Shown: positions 13,066 through 25,870 of the stretch, one piece after another | Layout: the number at the start of each line of letters is the position of its first letter | Position numbering within the stretch: position 1 is the first letter of the stretch | Origin: Octopus sinensis | Taxonomy: Eukaryota | Assembly: GCF_006345805.1 (NCBI RefSeq) | Contig: NW_021833658.1 | Span: 1-64,000 of the forward strand | Direction: 5' to 3' | Length of the DNA stretch: 64,000 bases | Position numbers and translations under genes: made by a program | Notes under the pieces: model-generated | What the model was told of the DNA's origin: nothing | The model's database searches: none | What the model saw: only the letters and a program-made list of their open reading frames with translations

Positions 13066-13298
13066 GGTGAACTGGCAGAAAAGTTAGCATGCTGGGAGAA
13101 ATGCTTAGCTGTATTTCGTCTGCTGCTACGTTCTGAGTTCAAATTCTGCCGAGGTTGACTTTGCCTTTCATCCTTTCGGGGGTCGATTTAAATAAGTACC
13201 AGTTATGCACTGGGGTCGATATAATCGACTTAATCCGTTTGTCTGTCCTTGTTTGTCCCCTCTGTGTTTAGCCCCTTGTGGGTAGTAAAGAAATAGGT
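13066..13298 (+). mobile_element. SINE family B
   Basis: Matches 1229 and 61300. Confidence 0.9.
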
Positions 13299-13639
13299 AT
13301 TCCAATGAAAAGTTACCTTGAATATTTTGGGGCTATGGCTCACTTCTTAAAAAATCTGGTCCCTGCTTGATAAAGATGTTCTTACTTTGTGCTGAGTTCA
13401 GTCCCTTAGTTGATCAGGGAGAATGCAATGGTAAACAATTCCAGTGTAATTTTCCCCAGAATCATGAAATAAAAGACGAGTTATTTAGTAGTGTGTCTCC
13501 CATCACCTACAATCAACGAAGTTATTGAATTCTCTGATGATAAAAATCAATGAACACAAATATTGATTGGTAAAATCAATGAACTCATGAGAAAAAAAAA
13601 TCTTATTATGACCAGAGCAGTAAGGATGCAGTAGAGAGA

Positions 13640-13820
13640 AAGATGGGGATATGGAAGAGTGGGGTTTTGGGATGCAACAATCAATTACTGATTGGCAGAA
13701 TTATCTTGCAAGACTGTAAAGAAAGAAAGACAAAGCTAGTATTGGCGCGGCAACGAGTAAAAGAAGCATGTGATATTGTTCCATATATTTGGTTATTTGG
13801 GATTGCTGAATATATCTAGG
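13640..13820 (+). pseudogene. R4/Dong-like LINE reverse transcriptase fragment
   Basis: Translates to GCNNQLLIGRIILQDCKERKTKLVLA..VKEACDIVPYIW, resembling the GCKDQLLID..AWIDYKKAYD.VPH.W motif. Confidence 0.7.
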
Positions 13821-14011
13821 AATGTAATTGCAAAAATATATTTGAAGTAATTAAAACCTTAGTAATACTAATAACAGCAGAGATAAAATATGAAGAATTG
13901 GAAGCTGAAAGTAATTAAGAACTTGAATGCTTACCCCAGCATCAAGGGAACACATCAAGCCTGATGTCCACTGAAATATCTATAAGTTCATCATCATCAT
14001 CATCATCATCG

Positions 14012-14361
14012 GTAAGACCACCTTCCTATTTAAAAATGTTCTGGGAATATCAAATTGCCTTGACCTTGTTATCTTATCTTACTTAACATATATATATATT
14101 TATGCATATATTTAACATATATTTAACATATATTATGTATATATTTAAGATATATGTATATTTAACATATATATATTTAATATATATATTTAATATATAT
14201 ATTTATCATCATCATCGTTTAACGTCCGCTTTCCATGCTAGCATGGGTTGGACGATTTTAGCTGAGGGCTGGTGAACCAGATGGCTGCACCAGGCTCCAG
14301 TCTTGATCTGGCAGAGTTTCTACAGCTGGATGCCCTTCCTAACGCCAACCACTCCGAGAGT
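14012..14361 (+). repeat. Composite (Penelope-like end + AT-rich repeat + SINE C); inverted duplicate of 52935-53296
   Basis: Colinear near-identity across all three parts, including the irregular TTTAACATATA spacer. Confidence 0.85.
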
Positions 14362-14633
14362 AGTAAAGAGGTACCACATGATCAGGTCAAATTATTGTAG
14401 AATTAGCAGTGAAAATTAATTGTCCACTATAATGTAAATTGGAGTTAGAGGCCTGGTACAAAGAAGAGCCAAACTGCAAGTCAGTAATTAGTGATTAAGA
14501 TTTCTATCGCAAATTCAACACAGGGAACAAGCTGATGGTCATATGAAAATGTTGGAAATAACAGCCAAATCTCTCTCTCATCCTGGTGTTTTAAAATGAG
14601 AAGGATGCATTCATGTTCAAGATACATTATATA

Positions 14634-15355
14634 TTTCTTTACTACCCACAAGGGGCTAAACATAGAGGGGACAAACAAGGACAGACCAAGGGATTAAGTC
14701 AATTACATCGACCCCAGTGCGGAACTGGTACTTAATTTATCGACCCTGAAAGGAAGAGAGGCAAAGTCGACCTCGGCGGAATTTGAACTCAGAAAGTAAT
14801 GGCAGACGAAATACGGCTAAGCATTTCGCCCGGTATGCTAACGTTTCTGCCAGCTCGCCACCTTGTGTTCAAGATACATTATATTTTAAACAATGATGGG
14901 TAATAGTCGAGATGTTGGTCAGCAGGATTGCACAAAACTAACTATTTGGGGGGAGGGGTGAGTCAATTACATCGGCTCCAGTGTTCAACTGGTGCTTATT
15001 TTTTTTACCCCAAAAGGACGAAAGGCAAAGTTGATCTCGGGGGAATTTGAACTCAATACATAAAGACAAATGAAATGCCACTAAATATTTTGCCCCGGCA
15101 TGTTAACGATCCTGCCAGCTCACTGCTTGAGTCACTTTCTTATTAATTTCAAATTTTGATACAAGGCTATCAATTTCAAGTGAGAAGTATGTCAATTTCA
15201 TCAACCCCAGTGCTCAAATGATGTTTATTTCTTTAACCTCAAATGGATGAAAGGCAAAGTTAATCTCAACAGAATTTGAACTCACAACATAAAGATGGAT
15301 GAAATGCCACTAAGCAGTTTGTCCAGTGTGCTACCATTTCTGCCAGCTCGCTGCC
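14634..15355 (-). mobile_element. Cluster of three family B SINEs of increasing divergence
   Basis: Copies at ~14634-14863, ~14955-15125 and ~15190-15355. Confidence 0.8.
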
Positions 15356-15519
15356 TCCAGAATCACTTTCATATTAAATACCATTGTGTTTTAATATATT
15401 CCATGAGGCAGTGGCAACTCCAGTCTGACAAGAATTATCTTCCTTGGTTAATAGCAATAAATGTAATTTTCTGTATTAATGCCATCACTTTTCAATACAA
15501 ATAAATTAAATTATAATAT

Positions 15520-15725
15520 TACGGAGATGTACTTGCACAGCATGTGACTTGATCTGAGATCGTGTGCTGGAACGAAAACAATTGCAGAGTGGAAAGTATT
15601 TATAAGCCATTTAAGAAACACACAAAAACCGTTAAATTCACTTCAACATTTAAGTTTAATTTGTCAAAATATTTTCGTCGCTTTCAGACTGCGACCTGTT
15701 CACTGAGAAAACTTGATGCTGCATC
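15520..15725 (-). mobile_element. Penelope-like repeat with variant hammerhead motif (15661-15709)
   Basis: Reverse complement of 41901-42105; TTCTCA-GTGAACA-G-GTCGC..GCGAC-GAAA-ATATTT-TGACAA. Confidence 0.6.
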
Positions 15726-16461
15726 TTGTAAATTATAATAATATTTAAATAATATTAACATATTTTCCAGTAAGACAACTCTGATGAGCATGCAAATTAT
15801 TTGAAGAGGTACCTTGGACACTGAAGCAAATTACATTTATAAATACAAAAAGTAAGATGGTATGGATCCACTGGAAAATCCTTGTGGTTTACCAAACTGA
15901 AACGTTACCATAAATAGCACAAGAATAAACATAACATACTATTGTTGCCATTTAGCACTGGGTGAACTCCATCTAAGTAGAACTATGATGAAAATTAGTC
16001 CGGATGTTACCATTCAAGAATTATGTATACTGGGGATTAGTATTAGCTTTAATCGCAACAATTATATCGAAAAAGAGAGCATGATGTGAGACAAGGATAT
16101 ATAGTTACTGAAATCATAATTCTAGTGAATCAGTTGTTATAGAGAAGGAATTGGTCAAATAAGGAAGATACGTACAATACTTGATAAGTCATGTCTCTTA
16201 GACAATGGTATGGCCTTATAAGAAATTAAGAAATGATTTTGCAGCATGTGGAGAGAAATTTGTAGTAAAAGGGTGCAATAAAGGTTGTGTGGCTCAGGAG
16301 TTCAATTTGTAATCATATGGGTTAGCTTTTGATCTCAAAGGGCAATGCTATGGGCAGGTGTCTTTTATCAGGTTGCAGGTTGACAATGTTGCATGAGCAG
16401 AAATTGGAAACCGAATACACAGACACACACAGACACACACACACACAGACACACACACACA

Positions 16462-16532
<71 letters not shown>

Positions 16533-16547
16533 GCACACATACATACA

Positions 16548-16746
16548 CAAGGGGGTGTGGAAAAGTTCCTGGTTTTAAGGTATTGGGAAAGGCCTGGTTG
16601 GAGGCCCAACCAGGGCTTAGAAAAGCTGAAGGACTGCTGCAATAAGTGTGTGAACCTGAAAGGGGATTATATTGAATAAATCTCATAATTACTTTATCCT
16701 CCTGTATTTTCTTTTCCCCCAAAAGGGGAACTTTTTTGCATCCCAT
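16548..16746. mobile_element. Tc1/mariner-type MITE
   Basis: GGGGGTG..GAAAAGTTCC terminal inverted repeat; related copy at 23353-23562. Confidence 0.7.
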
Positions 16747-17208
16747 ATGTGTGTGTGTATGTATGTGCATGTGTGTGGGTGAGTACATATATATGTATTT
16801 AATGGGGGTGAGAGAGAGAGAGAGAGAGAACACAATAATAAAACAATAACACAATGACTTCATGAGAAATGTTTTGACCATATCCAAGATTTATGTTTAT
16901 AATCTGGTATTGCTAATTAAAATACAAATAGATATAATACATCACCAGGGACACTCAGGTATGCATATATATATATATATATATACACATACAAATGTAT
17001 GTGTGTGTATCTTTACTTGTGTTCACATGTGGTTTTGTATGTACATTACTGCCATCCTATACATATCCATTATATTTCTCAGTATGTGTGGGTGTGTATA
17101 CTCATAGAAATTTGAACAATGGAAAATCACAAAAAAGCAAATATTTTTATATAGTGATAACATACATTAAGTGTTTGTAAATATATGCGTGTGTATATAT
17201 ATATATAT

Positions 17209-17328
<120 letters not shown>

Positions 17329-17844
17329 ATATATGTATATATATATTTATGTTTATGTATATATAAATGTATATATGCATATGTGTGTGTATATATACAT
17401 ATGTGTAAATAGATATATGTGTCTATATATATAAAGTATCATAAGACATAATGCAATACAAAATGCTCCAAAACCAGTTACGTTGACATCAGTAAAACAG
17501 AAGCACTACAAAAAAAAACACCAAAAAAATCACCCCAAAAATAAAGTAAAAACAAACCAACAGATGATGCCTACAGATCATATAAAGTGAAATTTACCAA
17601 CAATAACAACTACAAAAATAACGACAACAAAAAACCACAATAGTAACATTATAGTTAAAAAGTACATATAAAAAAACAAAGCAACAATTATAGTGTTGTG
17701 CGTTTCCTGCTAATATGAGAAAATGAAATGGTGTATCAGTTTACTGGAGTTCCTCATTTAAACATATAACTACAAGGTTAAGCATTTCACTCTGGTTTTC
17801 TATTAATGTACCAGTGTCTGGCTACAAGTACAGACCAACTGTTG

Positions 17845-17899
17845 GATAGATCGATAGGCTGAGTGACAGATAAAGAGATCAATAGAAAGATAGATAGAC

Positions 17900-17935
<36 letters not shown>

Positions 17936-18058
17936 GATAGATAGATAGATAGAAAGATAGATAGATATATAGATAGATAGATAGATAGATAGGTAGGTAG
18001 GTAGGTATGTATGTATGTAGGTAAGTAGGTAGGTAGATATATATATATTTATATATAT

Positions 18059-18090
<32 letters not shown>

Positions 18091-18300
18091 GTAGGTAGGT
18101 AGGTAGGTAGGTAGGTAGGAAGGTAGGTAGGTAGGTAGGTAGATAGGTAGGTTGATAGATAGAAAAATAGATAGATAGGTGGGGCGAGACAACATAGACA
18201 AATAGATGGTGAGAGAGAGAGAAGTGGAAGGGATAGATTAAATAAACAGATAGGTAGACAGATAGATAAATAGACAGACAGATTGATAGATAGATAGACA
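17845..18300. repeat. Compound (GATA)n/(GGTA)n/(GACA)n microsatellite
   Basis: Directly visible. Confidence 0.95.
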
Positions 18301-18909
18301 ATGAAAGAGTGAGAGAGGAAGAGAGACAAACAAACAGTGGGAGTAACAGTGAATGGTTATTAGATAAATAGAAAGACAGAGAGCCAAAGAGAGGGTGATT
18401 GATTGATATGTGGACAGACAGATAGGTAAAGCGATACATATTTGGAGAGATAGTGAGATCAAGAGAAAGACAGATAGGAAGATAGTTATGCATGTAGACA
18501 ATGTGATGTATATTAGATATTTAACTAGACAGATGGATACGTAGATAGATATTATATAAATGAAAGGAATTATTATGATGTTTAGCTGTCACAAAATATC
18601 TATGTGCAAGATCAAGACAGCTAGAGAGGAAAAAAAAATAGAATTATAAAAAAATATCCCCACTGTACAAAAAAAAAGAAGACAAACAAAACAAGGACAT
18701 AGGGGAAAAAAATAAAAAAGGAAATATACATGCTAGCTTGTGTAAGTGTATGTATGTATATATCTATCCACTTAGATGAACATACATGCATGCAAACACA
18801 CACACACATACACATATATAAATGTACATCATATAGGTATTATATGAATTATATATGTATATTATATATATATTATATATATGGATATATATATATATGT
18901 ATGTATATT

Positions 18910-18961
<52 letters not shown>

Positions 18962-19724
18962 TATATAAATATATGCATATATATGTATATTGTTTTGATA
19001 TATAGGTGCATGTGTGTATATATGTATATGTATATTTGCCGAAAAACTCTCAGTAGAAGAATGCATATGTTTAGTGTTAAATAAATCAAAGAAACAGGCC
19101 ATTAAAAACCAATACAAAGGATAACATGATCCTGATATACAGTCATTTGACCATGCCCACATCTGTGGTACCCAGCAAATTTAAAACCCCTATCTCCAAA
19201 GAGTTCTTAGCATTATGGAATCATCTGCTAAACGTCACCAATAGAAGAATTCAGATATAGTTGTCTCGGTGTTTCAAATCAAGAACACTGGAGGACCATA
19301 TGATCACATGATTTTCATGGATTTTGTTGGAAATGATTAGCTTCTTCAAAAAGGATAACTTGTAGCCAGTGTTGTTGTTCACCACATTTCTCATAGTGGA
19401 TGTTTTGAACTGCTTGTAGACCAACAACCCTTCATCAGCCTGTGTCAGTTGTCATTGATGACATCCATTAATGCTGAATGGGCATGGTTTTTATTTTTCT
19501 GTATATGTTCCACTACAGCTGTTTCGCAGATACACAATGCACCCTGCATTTAGACACATTCTACACATACACTCCATACACGCACACACCACAGAGGTAT
19601 ATGTACATATGAAAGTACATTCATATATATCTACTAGATATATCTTTTTATATATCTGTCTATATGTATTTTCATCTTTCTTTCTCTCCCTCTATGCATA
19701 TATATATATATATGTGTGTGTGTG

Positions 19725-19770
<46 letters not shown>

Positions 19771-19788
19771 CCTATCTATCTATCTATC

Positions 19789-19830
<42 letters not shown>

Positions 19831-19833
19831 AAC

Positions 19834-19867
<34 letters not shown>

Positions 19868-20009
19868 ATATAAAACGTAAAAGATTTTTTCTATTTCTGA
19901 GCGTCATACTAATACATCTGTTTTTTTTTGTACACCACCTGTCTTCGTCTTTTGTTTTTTTCATAAACTCTCCCTATATATATATACACACACAGTATAC
20001 ATATGTAAG

Positions 20010-20044
<35 letters not shown>

Positions 20045-20579
20045 CTGGGTTCAATGTCTTTTCTCTCAGCTCAACGACATTTTTATTCTACTATTTCCTT
20101 CTCTTCTAATTATTATATTTCTCTGAAAAAAATTCTCCCAGGCGTTACTCATTACAATTCTTCTTGGCCCAACAGCCCTTAATGTTTGTCTTCGTTGAAT
20201 GTTTGCTCTGTTCATCCACTATGTCATTGTTTGTCTAACTCTCCATGAATTTTAGATTTTAAAAATTTCTGGATGCTGGTGTCTTATGAAGTTCCCTATA
20301 TTGTCATTAAAACCACGAAATAGGGAGTAATAAACAGTCCGACAACTGATGAGGAATTATCTTCTTTGGGTCTTTTGTCCTGCACTCTTCTCTAATGTGT
20401 TCATGTATTTTTCACTCATTGGTGATGTCCTGTACTTATCTCTCGTGTGTTTAATGATTTTTTACTCATTGGTGATGTCTTGTACACCATGTGTATTTTT
20501 CATTTTATTTATATATATATAAATATGTATATACAAGTATATTTATATACATATATATACATACATACATATATACATA

Positions 20580-20618
<39 letters not shown>

Positions 20619-20945
20619 ACATATCATAAAATATAATTGCCATCTAAATGTAGCAGTCCCATAGAGGATGATGCTACTTTTGGTTTTAACCCTAGGTGGA
20701 CATCTCCTATAGCTGCTTAACAACACACTGTCTGTGTCCAATTAGTAATTGCAAGGTGGTTGAACACAGTGTACATATATATATATATATATGTGCATAT
20801 ATATATATATGTGTATGTGTGTGTGTGTGTGTGTATGTGCATATATATATATATATAAATTAAATAACGGTAGAAATTGATATTAATCAATTAAAACCAG
20901 TGGCGTAGCATATTTTAAAATATCGATGATTAAAAATTGTTTTAC

Positions 20946-21442
20946 ATACAAAATTTAGAGGACTGACCAATAAAAGTGGACAGCCTATATGCTAAACATA
21001 GACGTCAAATTGCCATTACCACGAAGAATGTGTTCTCAAGAAAAATCTCTGCAAAAAACCAAAATGTAAAAATAAGCAAGACAAATGAAAATATACGAAA
21101 TAAAAAACGATTACCTATGTACCAATTGGTTTCACTTTTTAATATTTATGTATACGGACACGCAAGCATTTGCAAGATCATCAGCATAGTATGTCGTTTA
21201 CAAAACACAATTTCCAGAACTAAATACAGAGCGCTCAACCGAAATCCAGCATGTATAAATTTCTACAAATTATATTTTAGTGTATCTTTCAAATGTCTTC
21301 ACTGTGTCTTGCTTATTTTTACATTTTGGTTTTTTGCTGAGATTTTTCTTGAGAAAATATTCTTCGTGGTAATGGTGATTTGATGTCTATGTTTAGCATA
21401 TAGGCTATCCACTTTTAGTGGTCAGTCCTCTAAATTCTGTAT
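20946..21442. mobile_element. Inverted ~145-bp arms enclosing a hammerhead motif (Penelope-like inverted terminal structure)
   Basis: 20946-21092 is the diverged reverse complement of 21294-21442. Confidence 0.8.
21115..21189 (-). ncRNA. Type I-like minimal hammerhead ribozyme with intact core
   Basis: CTATG-CTGATGA-T-CTT..long loop..AAG-T-GAAAC-CAATTG-GTA-CATAG: 5-bp stem I, palindromic stem III (ACCAATTGGT), GUA triplet. Confidence 0.7.
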
Positions 21443-21835
21443 ATACATATATATTTATGCACTCACATACACATACACACACTCACACAGCAAATATGTA
21501 TGAGTATGTATGTGTATTAATTAGTTGTTGGATAAGTAAATGGGTGTTTGTATGTGTAGGTGGATGCCAATTAGCATCAGTGAAAGTTTCTAATTACCAC
21601 CCACAATCTATTTGTTCAACGATTTGGCAATAAGTTTTGTTTGAAGTTATCTAACAAATTATACCAATATTACACCATTCTCTCTACTATACCATCTCCT
21701 CCTCCTCCTCATTCCACCTCATTCCTTTCCACGCCAGACATCTTTTTCAACCCATCAGCTTCTCTACTTAACTTTGGAATATTCTTACACTAATCTTCTC
21801 ATTCCTTCTCACATATTCACCAAACTGGAAGTTTC

Positions 21836-22279
21836 ATGGTCTCAGACTTCAGCCTAAAAATATATTTTGATTTCCCTGATGATGATGGTGATGATGATGA
21901 TGATGACAACGATGACAATGCTAATATCGATGATAATGATGATAATGATGATGATGATGATGATGATAACGACGACGAAGATGATTACTCCTGGCAGAGG
22001 TTGGTTGAGGCCATTAAGGGCCTGGCACTATCACCATCCTACTTCAGTCACCATATCACCACCACCATCACCACCAACACCACTGCCATCATTATGTCAA
22101 TGATAACAATGACGATGACTATAATGACAACATCATCAATGATGATGACGATGATGACGATGATGACAGCCACCTGCACCTCCACCTCCATCACCACCAC
22201 CACCACCACCACCACCACCCTCATCATCCCGCAGCCACCACCTCCACCGCCAACAGTTCAAATTTGCCGACCAAAATAG
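21836..22279 (+). CDS. Possible Asp/Thr/His-rich low-complexity ORF of unknown function
   Basis: 147-aa ORF, mostly triplet repeats, with a GC3-rich non-repetitive island (SWQRLVEAIKGLALSPSYF). Confidence 0.2.
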   Translation: MVSDFSLKIYFDFPDDDGDDDDDDNDDNANIDDNDDNDDDDDDDNDDEDDYSWQRLVEAIKGLALSPSYFSHHITTTITTNTTAIIMSMITMTMTIMTTSSMMMTMMTMMTATCTSTSITTTTTTTTTLIIPQPPPPPPTVQICRPK

Positions 22280-22939
22280 CAGATTGCAATATATTTTAGA
22301 GACAAGATTTCTTCAAGTGTCAGGCTTCATAAAGAAGTCTTCCAATAGACAAATGAATAGATTCCCTACCTCGTTTCAGAAGTTAAGTAACGAAAATCTC
22401 AATTGCTAATGCACTTCTGAAAGTAGCCTGATCAGGTTCGCTTTGAGAACATTGAAAATGAAGAGTTTGCTATGCATGGCAGGAAGTTGGGGTGGGTGAA
22501 TAGTTAGTCGTTAATCAGAGTACCATTATTTACAGAAACATCTTTGTTTTCACATCAAATATAGTTTTAGTATGTATCATGTACCACTACGGGATGGTGT
22601 TGCTTAAACAATGTTATGTCATGTATATATCAATTTGTTTATTGGCCACAAGGGCTTGCATAAAATTACATTAAAACACATATAACAACATAAAAGACAA
22701 AAACAGGATGATACAATGGGTTTTACAATGTGAAAACAATATATATAATGTTAAAATTAAACAGTTTAAAACTCCTAATAAGGGAAGCGCTTTAAATGAC
22801 CTCATGGAAAAATCCACAAAGGCCACGGGTGCCTGAACAACGTATATATTAAGCTCTCTTTATATACATACATTTGTTTAAATATATACATTGATACTCA
22901 CATAAATATGTATGTATATATGTATGTGTGTGTGTGTGT

Positions 22940-22984
<45 letters not shown>

Positions 22985-22990
<6 letters not shown>

Positions 22991-23210
22991 GGAAGAGAGT
23001 GTAATTTGGCAGGAGGACTTAAACGACATGCAAAGGTACATGAAGCCCAGTTTCAACTAAAGCCGGCTATTGCTGGTAAAGGTTTTAGTTGCCAATTCTG
23101 TACAAGACATTGTAGATCTTTAGGTGGGCTAAAAAGTCACATTCGATCACAGCACGAATAACAGTTAAGCTTCGTGCAATGGCCATACTCGATAATGAGG
23201 AGGCAGCCAT
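22985..23210 (+). mobile_element. 3' end of an RTE-clade LINE with two C2H2-like motifs and a short 3' UTR
   Basis: VCGRECNLAGGLKRHAKVH...CQFCTRHCRSLGGLKSHIRSQHE*, then GGCCATACTCG..CAGCCA and a (TA)n tail; 5'-truncated into (TA)n. Confidence 0.75.
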
Positions 23211-23352
23211 TATATATATATATATATGTATGTATGTATGTCTGTATGTATTTATAGTCAACTGAAATAAACAAGTCGAATAAAATTAAATGAACATGAG
23301 GATACATGGAAGAAATGCGTTATTTTGATGTTCGGTGTGGTATGTATGTAAA

Positions 23353-23562
23353 TGAGGGGGTACTAAAGAGTGTTTGTTTGGGTAAAAGAAAATAGAGGAG
23401 AATCAGTTGATTATGATTTTATTCAACATATTCCCCCCTCAAATTCTTATTGCAATGGCTTTTCAGACTATCTAAGCCCTATAAAAAAACTTGGAAGGTT
23501 GGGCCTTCAACCAGGCCTTTCATGATACCCTTAAAGCCAGGAACTTTCCCGTACCCCTCGTA
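23353..23562. mobile_element. Tc1/mariner-type MITE
   Basis: GAGGGGGTAC...GTACCCCTCG-TA termini. Confidence 0.75.
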
Positions 23563-23821
23563 TATGTGTGTATATATATGTAAATATATATCTTTATATA
23601 TATATAGTGCTACATGGTGGTTCTTCTCTTATTTATATACACACACACACACACATATATATATAGGGTGTTCAAAATGTATCTATGTAATTAGTATTTA
23701 ATGGTTTCCAGGTGATTCTTGTACACAGATCTTTTACTTGCTCCCCAGAAAAAAGTTTAGTGGTGTTATATATATGGTGTTAATATATGGTTATATATTT
23801 GGTGGTGCACCTATATATATA

Positions 23822-23862
<41 letters not shown>

Positions 23863-25498
23863 TGGGTGCAAAGGGAGCTGGTGCCTGAAGTGGTTCTTCA
23901 GGCCACCTCTGCATCCTTTCATTTTTACGTTTGTTTCCTCTTTCACCTCTCTCTCTCTCTCTGTCTCTCTCTCTTTGTTTCTTACTCTCTGCAACTTTTC
24001 ACCTACAGCTTATTCCCTTCAATAACTGGCTACCAACTGATTATAAAAAAACAATATGTTCACTCCAATGCTATTAACGATTCCAAATATCCTTAATTCA
24101 CAGTCTAAGACTGCCTGGAAAGGTTTCAACTATTACAAACCAACTTTTAAAGGATGCCAGCTTTGCCATTCTCCTTTTGACATCTTTTTTTTTTAATCAT
24201 TTTTATTTTCTAATATATCTTTGAGTGCCATCGACTTTAGTGAAATAGTAGGAGTTTCCAAGAATTAGCATGCTAACAGAACAGCCAACTCTCTTCTCTA
24301 TTTTAACAATAAGATGTCACATGTGCCCTACTTTGAAGAAAATTTGAATTCTCCACTACAAATCAATAGTTAAAATAAATGTCAAACATACGTTATAGTT
24401 GTTGTATGAAACAATGAACTAGCACTAGACTGTTGTATCTGTTTACAGGTAAGTAGACTGTGCCATTCAGGAAAGCCAGTAGATCTGAGGACAGAATACC
24501 TATATCTTTACTACCCACAAGGGGCTAAACACAGAGAGGACAAACAAGGACAGACAAACGAGACAAACGGATTAAGTCGATTATATCAACCCCAATGCAT
24601 AACTGGTACTTAATGTATTGACCCCGAAAGGATGAAAGGCAAAGTTGACCTCTGAGGACAAAATACCTTGTGGTATGTTTTGACTCTTTGCATTCTCTTT
24701 GCTCTTTTGTAGACTTACTCCATCAGCTGGTTCTACTATTGGGTGGTGCAGAGTTTACTCTGTTATAAATATTCATGTTAGGTGTCCATTTTTAGAATAA
24801 CTTCCTTCTTCTCATTCACCAATATCAAAGTGACTCTACTATCCTTGGCTAAATGAAAAAGGTAAAAAAAAAAAAGAAAAAATGTTGATGAATTATTAAT
24901 TATTCATGTGGTTAGCTGTTAAACTATTGTGTGTATGACACCTCGTGAAAGTATATACACATAAACACATATTTATCAAACATTCTATGTAGCAAGACTA
25001 TACTGCCCACACAATTTGAAGGGGAAATACCAGGTATATTCATAAATGATATCAATACTTTATAAAACAGGAATGGAAATGATATCCAAATTGCCATCAT
25101 AGGACTAGATTCTGTAAGGTAAATTAGGATAGTAAAGTAGAACTTAATTAATGTATTGATTGTAAAAAAAAACTACAAGTGTGCACTGCTCGTTTACCCA
25201 GACATGGCAAAATGGATATTAAAATATGTTATATATATTTGTATTGGGAAAGTAAGAAAAACAGACGAAAATACATATTGTAAATAAAAAAAAGTAAAGG
25301 CTTTTTTATGCAAAGTAACGAAATATATATACAATTAGATGAACTGAGGTAGGAATAAAAGTAATAAAAGTCATTATTGTGAAATTCTTAAAGAGATTCA
25401 AGCATACCGGTTTTGTAAGATACTAACCATTGCTTTGAATACAACTATTCATTGCTTTTTGCTTTGTATCTATACAGATTTATATTAGTAGACATATA

Positions 25499-25870
25499 TT
25501 TCTTTACTACCCACAAGGGACTAAACACAGAGGGGACAAACAAAGACAGACAAACAGATTAAGTCGATTATATCGACCCCAGTGCGCAACTGGTACTTAA
25601 TTTATCGCCCCCGAATGGATGAAAGGCAAAGTCGACCTTGGCGGAATTTGAACTCAGAAAGTAGCGGCAGACATTTCTTTACTACCCACAAGGGGCTAAA
25701 CACAGAGAGGACAAACAAGGACAGACAAAGGGATTAAGTCGATTATATCGACTCCAGTGCGTAACTGGTACTTAATTTATCGACCTCGAAAGGATGAAAG
25801 GCAAATCGACCTCGGTGGAATTTGAACACAGAACGTATGAATGCATGCTAACGTTTCTGCCATCTCGCCA
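25499..25870 (-). mobile_element. Head-to-tail pair of family B SINEs
   Basis: Two consecutive units at ~25499-25672 and ~25674-25870. Confidence 0.85.

Noticed and set aside
15781-15810. Hammerhead at CTGATGAG (also 13534, 20346 and 62910)
   Set aside because: No correctly placed stem II plus GAAA and NUH.
22928-23161. C2H2 zinc-finger gene of the expanded cephalopod ZNF family
   Set aside because: No TGEKP linkers, 5' end dissolves into (TA)n and the 3' UTR is LINE-like; better explained as an RTE 3' end.
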